Shown here: positions 58,654 through 64,000 of the stretch, one piece after another | Position numbering within the stretch: the stretch's first letter is position 1 | Layout of the letters: the number at the start of each line of letters is the position of its first letter | NCBI GenBank assembly: GCA_036630325.1 | Contig: CP142733.1 | Location: 744,001 to 808,000, forward strand | Length of the DNA: 64,000 nucleotides | Direction: 5' to 3' | DNA from: Vairimorpha necatrix | Lineage: Eukaryota | Translations under genes and position numbers: made by a program | The notes under the pieces: model-generated | Databases searched by the model: none | Seen by the model: only the letters and a program-made list of their open reading frames with translations | What the model was told of the DNA's origin: nothing

Positions 58654-59596
58654 AACACACATTCAAATTGTTTTTTTGAATAAACACAAAAAAAACAATG
58701 ACGCAATAATTTATCTAGATTTAATCTCAAAAATTGAAATTAAAAAGCTAAACTCGATTTATTTACATAATTTTAAGTAGCTGCATTATTAGATAGAATG
58801 AGTTTAATATAATTCACTAAAATCTGAATTATGCTTACAATAACTGAATAATCATTAATAATAGACAAATTACAAAGAAAAATTACTACTAGTTTAGTCT
58901 TCAAGTCAAATTTACCTTGCGAGACACGACTTATGCAAATAATATAATATAAACGTAAAAATCGTGTTCATATATGTATAGCTGTTATAAGCGATTTTTT
59001 TGTCTTAGAGTTATACTCTTTATATGATAATTGTTTTTGGCAAGCCTCAGTTATGAGCGGGCGACGATTCTTGGTGTATTATTGGGAAGTAATTACAGAA
59101 CGCTGCATCGTTATCATAAAAAAAATAAAATATATAATGAAGCTTTATGTTTACAGCAAATGAGGTTAATTGATCATATAATTTCTATTCGATTTTTACC
59201 AACCGCCCACGACTGACTTATATTAACATATTTCATATTTTATTGTAACGTGAAGATTTAATTAATCAACTTTTAAATGTCAAAGTAGAAGGACACATTT
59301 TAAAATTGTCAAATATTATATTGAACTTTTTGGTTCTTCTATGTTTTATGGTTAATTAATGTTTATAATCCATAGTTTTAATAGTGTTATTGGCTTAAAG
59401 ACAAATTAAAACTGTCAATCAAAAAACTTAATGTCTTATAATAATTTTTTCAAAAATAAATTTAAAATTCAATTCATTGGTTCAAAAATAGTTTAACAAG
59501 GAACCAAACCAGCAGGCGAAAAAAGCGAATATAATTTTTGGTTCGTTGCACAAAGAAAGGACTTTTATATACAACAGGTTAATGACAAATAGAGTA

Positions 59597-59820
59597 TGTC
59601 AGGGGACAGATCTCCGGTGATACTAAGATTACCCTGGAGATCTGAGAATACCATGCTGTAAGTATTCTCCCTCTTTACATGTATAATTTTTGGAGGGAAA
59701 TTGGTGATATTTTCCCGCCTAAAATTATAAAAGAAAATCATGCCCAGAAGGGTATGAAGAATAATAAAAATATTAGTCTAAAACATTCTTCTCGGACTGA
59801 TGGGAAACCATCAGTCCACA
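59597..59820 (+). repeat. 5' LTR of Gypsy copy 2
   Basis: Direct repeat of 63382-63605. Confidence 0.95.
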
Positions 59821-62800
59821 TTGGTGGTAACGGTGAAGAGGATAAGATGAATGAGATCGAGGACATCTGCTCTTACATGAAAAAACTATGTCTCCAAAAC
59901 AGATGGACAGAATTTACCGGCGAAGATCTAAGTAAAGCCGAAGACTTTCTATCTCAGTTCAGAGAAATTGAAGACGTTTATTCACAAGCCAAGACGCTAG
60001 ATATTGCCAAAACCAAACTGAAGGGCAAAGCGTTGAGATGGTATAAGGCTTTCGAGGGTGAAGAGATAACAGACTTCGAGACGTTCAAATCCCAATTCCA
60101 AAAAAAATATATAAAGGAGAAACTAGTGGAGGACAACACTGATATGTTTATGCACCTATATGTTCAAGGTCCAAAAGAAAGCGATATTATAAGTTACGCT
60201 TATGACCTAAAGAGGTATGCTAAGAGAAACACAGAGTACTTTGAAAGATCAAAGATTGCCATACTAAGAAACTCTCCGGATGCTTTAAAGGAGCCAGTCA
60301 ACGATACTCAAGACTGGATAGAGTTATTAGAACTACTAGAAGAAAAAGAAACTTTTATAAATAATTACATAAAGAAAAGAAAAAACTTATTTAGGAAGCC
60401 ACAACAGGAAACACCTTTACAGGAAAAAAAAGAATATAGAACTATAAACAAGAAATCAGTTCAGATAAATTCGAATTCATCATTACTCCTGAAAATAGGT
60501 AAAGTGGAAACAAAAAAAAATTCAACAGATATCCGAGCCAGGATAAATCTTTTTTCAGATAAAGAAAAAATTGCTGCGCTAATTGACACCGGAGCCGAGA
60601 TTAACTGCATAAATAGGAATAAAGCCCAAGCATTAGGGTTAAAACCAAAAAAAGAGGCGATGACCATAGCAGGAATAGGAGGTAAAGTGAAGTCAGAAGG
60701 GATAGTAGAATTTCTAGTAAAAAATCCTAAGACCAAAAAAACAAAAGTCTTGAAGGCACACGTAGTCAATAATCTACCAGAAGACCTAATAATTGGCCTA
60801 GTAGATATCTTGAACTTAAACTTACATAAAATACTGGATAAAATTAAGAGTACCCAAATAACTAAGTCTATCTGCACTACAACGGCGAAAGCATCCGAAA
60901 TTCAAATAGCAGATGTTGGAGAAGAAGATATGACAGAGAATGAAAAGGGAAAATTCATTAAAGTTATTTCAAAATATCCCGATGTATTTTCTGATAATAA
61001 TCAACAATCGTGCTTAGACATTGAGCATGCGATTGAAATAACTAATGACTTTTCAGAGGTAAAGAATATTCAATTTAGAAGATCGCCGGAACAAAATGAA
61101 ATAATCGAAAATAAAGTAAAAGAATTCCTAAGTAAAGGATTCATTGAGGGTAGTGAGTCAGACTATACTTCTCCGGTAGTGCTTGTAAAAAAACCGAATG
61201 GAGATACACGATTTTGTATAGACTATAGGAGACTCAATAAAATTACAAAGAAGATGATTTACCCAATTCCACTCGTAGAAGAAACCATAGAAGAACTTCA
61301 AGGAGCGTCCATATTTACAGTTTTGGACTTGGAATCAGGATACCATCAAATACGAATTCGAAAAAAAGATAGGCATCTAACAGCTTTCAGAAGTAGATCA
61401 GGAACTTTCCAATGGGTTAGAATGCCATTTGGGCTGGTAAATGCACCTTTTACATTCCAGAAAATAATGAACTCGATATTGTCTCCTTACTTACATAGAT
61501 TTGTACAAGTTTACCTGGACGATATAATGATATATTCGAAGTCAATTGAAGAGCACCTAATACACGTAGAAGCGGTTTTTAAAATACTAAACAAACTGAA
61601 ACTGAGGGTCAACTGCGGAAAATGTAAGATCGGAAAGAATACAGTGAAGTTCTTGGGATACACGATAAATAAAACTGGTATTAGTATACCGTTAGAACAA
61701 CAGACTAAATGTCTAAATTTGAGAATTCCCACAACACTTAAAGAAACCAGAGCCTTTATTGGATTTATAAATTACTTTAGAAAATTTATAAGGAGCTACA
61801 CAGATATAATGGCTCCTATTTACGATTGCCTTAAGAAAGGAAAATTTGAATTCTCGGAAGAAGCCATACAAAGTGTTAAGAAAATAAAAGAGATTATTAC
61901 GAGTTCTCCCGTCTTAAAGCTTCCAGACTTCACTAAGAAATTTATCTTGTACACTGATGCATCAAACCTTTATATAGGAGCAACGCTAATGCAAGTATAC
62001 GATGAGACAGAAATGCCTGTATATTTCATTTCAAGAAAACTAAATCCAGCTGAAATCAATTACACAGTAACCGAAAAAGAATGCCTGGCGATAATATGGA
62101 GCATATCTCAATTCCGTATTTATCTTACAAATACTTTTACCATTAAAACTGATCATCAAGCACTCAAATGGCTGCTAAGTTATAAAGAAAGTACAGGAAG
62201 ACTAATGAGATGGATTCTCACATTGGAAAATTACTCCTATGACATCGAATACATAAAAGGAAAAGATAACGTTGTAGCTGACGGATTGACAAGATTTGTT
62301 CACACAGTAAAATATAAAAATGAACGAGAACTATCGCCCGAGAGTCGTAAAGAACTTATACTGAAATGCCACGAAGAATGTGGACATGGAAGCACTCTCC
62401 CAACATACACTCTAACTCTTGACCAAGCCAAATGGAAAGGCATGTATGAGGAAATAAAACAAGTGATTGGAAAGTGTCAGGTATGTTTAAAATTCAATTC
62501 AAAAAGAATAACAAGAGAACACCACAGGATTCGCCTAAAAGATCCATTCTCACTGGTAGGAATTGATATGGTAGGACCTCTACCTAAGTCCGAGAATGGT
62601 AAAATATATCTAATAGTCGCCACAGATTACTTGACAAGATGGTGCGAAGCGAAAGCCGTAAGAAATAAGACTTCTAAAACAGTGGCTAAATTTATATTCG
62701 AGGAGATTATATGTAGACATGGCCCACCCAATGAAATTCTTTCAGATAGGGGACTTGAATTTTTAAACAGTACGGTCAAAGAACTATGTAGAATATTTAA

Positions 62801-63446
62801 AATAAGAAAATCTTTTACATCAGCCTACCACCCACAATGTAATGGCACGGTAGAAAGAACCAATCAATCACTAGTGGCCAAATTGGCAAAGATCATAAAT
62901 GGAAGGTGGAAAGACTGGGACGAATACGTCGAACTGGCTCTATACGCGTACAGAATTTCTCCCAGAAAAATAACAGGACTCTCTCCCTTTGAGCTATTAT
63001 ATGGACGAAAACCTATGACATGGGAACATCCCGAAGAAGAAACCTTAGATTTGGAAGATAATTTTTTAATATTTGAAAGATTAAAGCATACTCGGGATAT
63101 TATGTTACAAGCCGAGAGAGAGGCCAGAGAAGGTGAAATAAAGGATGTTAAAGAACAGACACTTCAGATAGGAGACGTGGTGCTAAGAAGAAAACCACTC
63201 ATCAAGATTAAAAATAAATTGGATAGTAAGTTCGAGGGCCCATACACGATAACTAAGGTGGGTAAGAAAGGGGCATATGAAATAATAAGCCCTAATAATG
63301 AAGTGTTCTCGGTGAATTGGAAAGACCTAAAGAAGATGGACTTTGAACTAGAAACCTGGGAGCCGATAAAGAAAGGGGGAGTGTCAGGGGACAGATCTCC
63401 GGTGATACTAAGATTACCCTGGAGATCTGAGAATACCATGCTGTAA
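59679..63446 (+). CDS. Gag-Pol polyprotein, three visible amino-acid differences from copy 1
   Basis: Same PR/RT/RH/IN motifs. Differences GGKVK vs GGIVK, SSPVL vs SSTVL, TLDLE vs TLYLE. Alternative start ATG at 59847. Confidence 0.95.
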   Translation: MYNFWREIGDIFPPKIIKENHAQKGMKNNKNISLKHSSRTDGKPSVHIGGNGEEDKMNEIEDICSYMKKLCLQNRWTEFTGEDLSKAEDFLSQFREIEDVYSQAKTLDIAKTKLKGKALRWYKAFEGEEITDFETFKSQFQKKYIKEKLVEDNTDMFMHLYVQGPKESDIISYAYDLKRYAKRNTEYFERSKIAILRNSPDALKEPVNDTQDWIELLELLEEKETFINNYIKKRKNLFRKPQQETPLQEKKEYRTINKKSVQINSNSSLLLKIGKVETKKNSTDIRARINLFSDKEKIAALIDTGAEINCINRNKAQALGLKPKKEAMTIAGIGGKVKSEGIVEFLVKNPKTKKTKVLKAHVVNNLPEDLIIGLVDILNLNLHKILDKIKSTQITKSICTTTAKASEIQIADVGEEDMTENEKGKFIKVISKYPDVFSDNNQQSCLDIEHAIEITNDFSEVKNIQFRRSPEQNEIIENKVKEFLSKGFIEGSESDYTSPVVLVKKPNGDTRFCIDYRRLNKITKKMIYPIPLVEETIEELQGASIFTVLDLESGYHQIRIRKKDRHLTAFRSRSGTFQWVRMPFGLVNAPFTFQKIMNSILSPYLHRFVQVYLDDIMIYSKSIEEHLIHVEAVFKILNKLKLRVNCGKCKIGKNTVKFLGYTINKTGISIPLEQQTKCLNLRIPTTLKETRAFIGFINYFRKFIRSYTDIMAPIYDCLKKGKFEFSEEAIQSVKKIKEIITSSPVLKLPDFTKKFILYTDASNLYIGATLMQVYDETEMPVYFISRKLNPAEINYTVTEKECLAIIWSISQFRIYLTNTFTIKTDHQALKWLLSYKESTGRLMRWILTLENYSYDIEYIKGKDNVVADGLTRFVHTVKYKNERELSPESRKELILKCHEECGHGSTLPTYTLTLDQAKWKGMYEEIKQVIGKCQVCLKFNSKRITREHHRIRLKDPFSLVGIDMVGPLPKSENGKIYLIVATDYLTRWCEAKAVRNKTSKTVAKFIFEEIICRHGPPNEILSDRGLEFLNSTVKELCRIFKIRKSFTSAYHPQCNGTVERTNQSLVAKLAKIINGRWKDWDEYVELALYAYRISPRKITGLSPFELLYGRKPMTWEHPEEETLDLEDNFLIFERLKHTRDIMLQAEREAREGEIKDVKEQTLQIGDVVLRRKPLIKIKNKLDSKFEGPYTITKVGKKGAYEIISPNNEVFSVNWKDLKKMDFELETWEPIKKGGVSGDRSPVILRLPWRSENTML

Positions 63447-63605
63447 GTATTCTCCCTCTTTACATGTATAATTTTTGGAGGGAAATTGGTGATATTTTCC
63501 CGCCTAAAATTATAAAAGAAAATCATGCCCAGAAGGGTATGAAGAATAATAAAAATATTAGTCTAAAACATTCTTCTCGGACTGATGGGAAACCATCAGT
63601 CCACA
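63382..63605 (+). repeat. 3' LTR of Gypsy copy 2
   Basis: Direct repeat of 59597-59820; the ORF stop codon lies inside it. Confidence 0.95.
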
Positions 63606-63630
63606 GAGTATGTTAATATAAGTAATAACT

Positions 63631-63753
63631 ATGTCAGCCAGACATGGGCTTGATACAGATCAGGAAGGGGTCTTCGAGAGCCCAATAAGTGAATCTCAGA
63701 AGGAAGTCCTGGAACTGCCAGATGAGACTGTAAGCGTATCTTGTGAAAAGTAA
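63631..63753 (+). other. Dispersed repeat carrying a 40-codon ORF (copy 2)
   Basis: MSARHGLDTDQEGVFESPISESQKEVLELPDETVSVSCEK*. Confidence 0.5.
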
Positions 63754-64000
63754 TTAATAAGCCGAATATTATACCCAAATAAATTATATTAATTAATAAA
63801 AGTAAAATCTGTTTGTTGTTTATACACTAAAGTCTTGGTCGTGGTCTTAAATTTTTGTGATATGTTTAACTACTGAATTTTTTTTTCAATATATCATTAT
63901 TTTATAGAATATAACGATAAATCTTGAATTTTTTGAAGGGAATATTTGCATCTATCTCATTATTTATACGAAGTACTACTAAGTTGTATTGGTCGAAGAG

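Larger units (their letters stand above)
59597..63605 (+). mobile_element. Full-length Ty3/Gypsy LTR retrotransposon, copy 2 (4009 bp)
   Basis: LTRs 59597-59820 and 63382-63605, TSD GAGTA (59592-59596, 63606-63610), PBS TGGTGGTAACGG at 59822, PPT 63368-63381. Confidence 0.97.

Noticed and set aside
1..64000. tRNA, rRNA or other ncRNA genes
   Set aside because: No cloverleaf or rRNA-like sequence recognised by eye; tRNAscan-SE and Infernal would be needed to exclude them

Overview
AT-rich, gene-sparse eukaryotic DNA, most likely a microsporidian with a TE-rich genome. This is inferred from the CCC motif just upstream of almost every real ATG, the intronless compact genes and the TE repertoire. 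Only one housekeeping gene is recognisable (TSR3). The rest is two families of unknown, apparently secreted proteins plus mobile DNA. Mobile DNA: (1) two near-identical 4009-bp Ty3/Gypsy elements whose 224-bp LTRs are chains of hairpins; (2) an intact 3184-bp LTR retrotransposon with identical 49-bp LTRs, a very small Gag and no visible protease; (3) two 743-bp non-coding TRIM-like elements with ~55-bp LTRs, plus a solo LTR; (4) an intact autonomous Helitron inserted in the transposase gene of a Merlin (IS1595/IS1016-like) element with TIRs and an 8-bp TSD; (5) a non-autonomous derivative of that Helitron inserted in a solo LTR; (6) other solo LTRs and non-LTR relics. An old tandem duplication (~30.4-35.0 kb vs ~35.1-46.6 kb) hosts several of these insertions. 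All calls are by eye from the sequence and ORF track; no searches were run.
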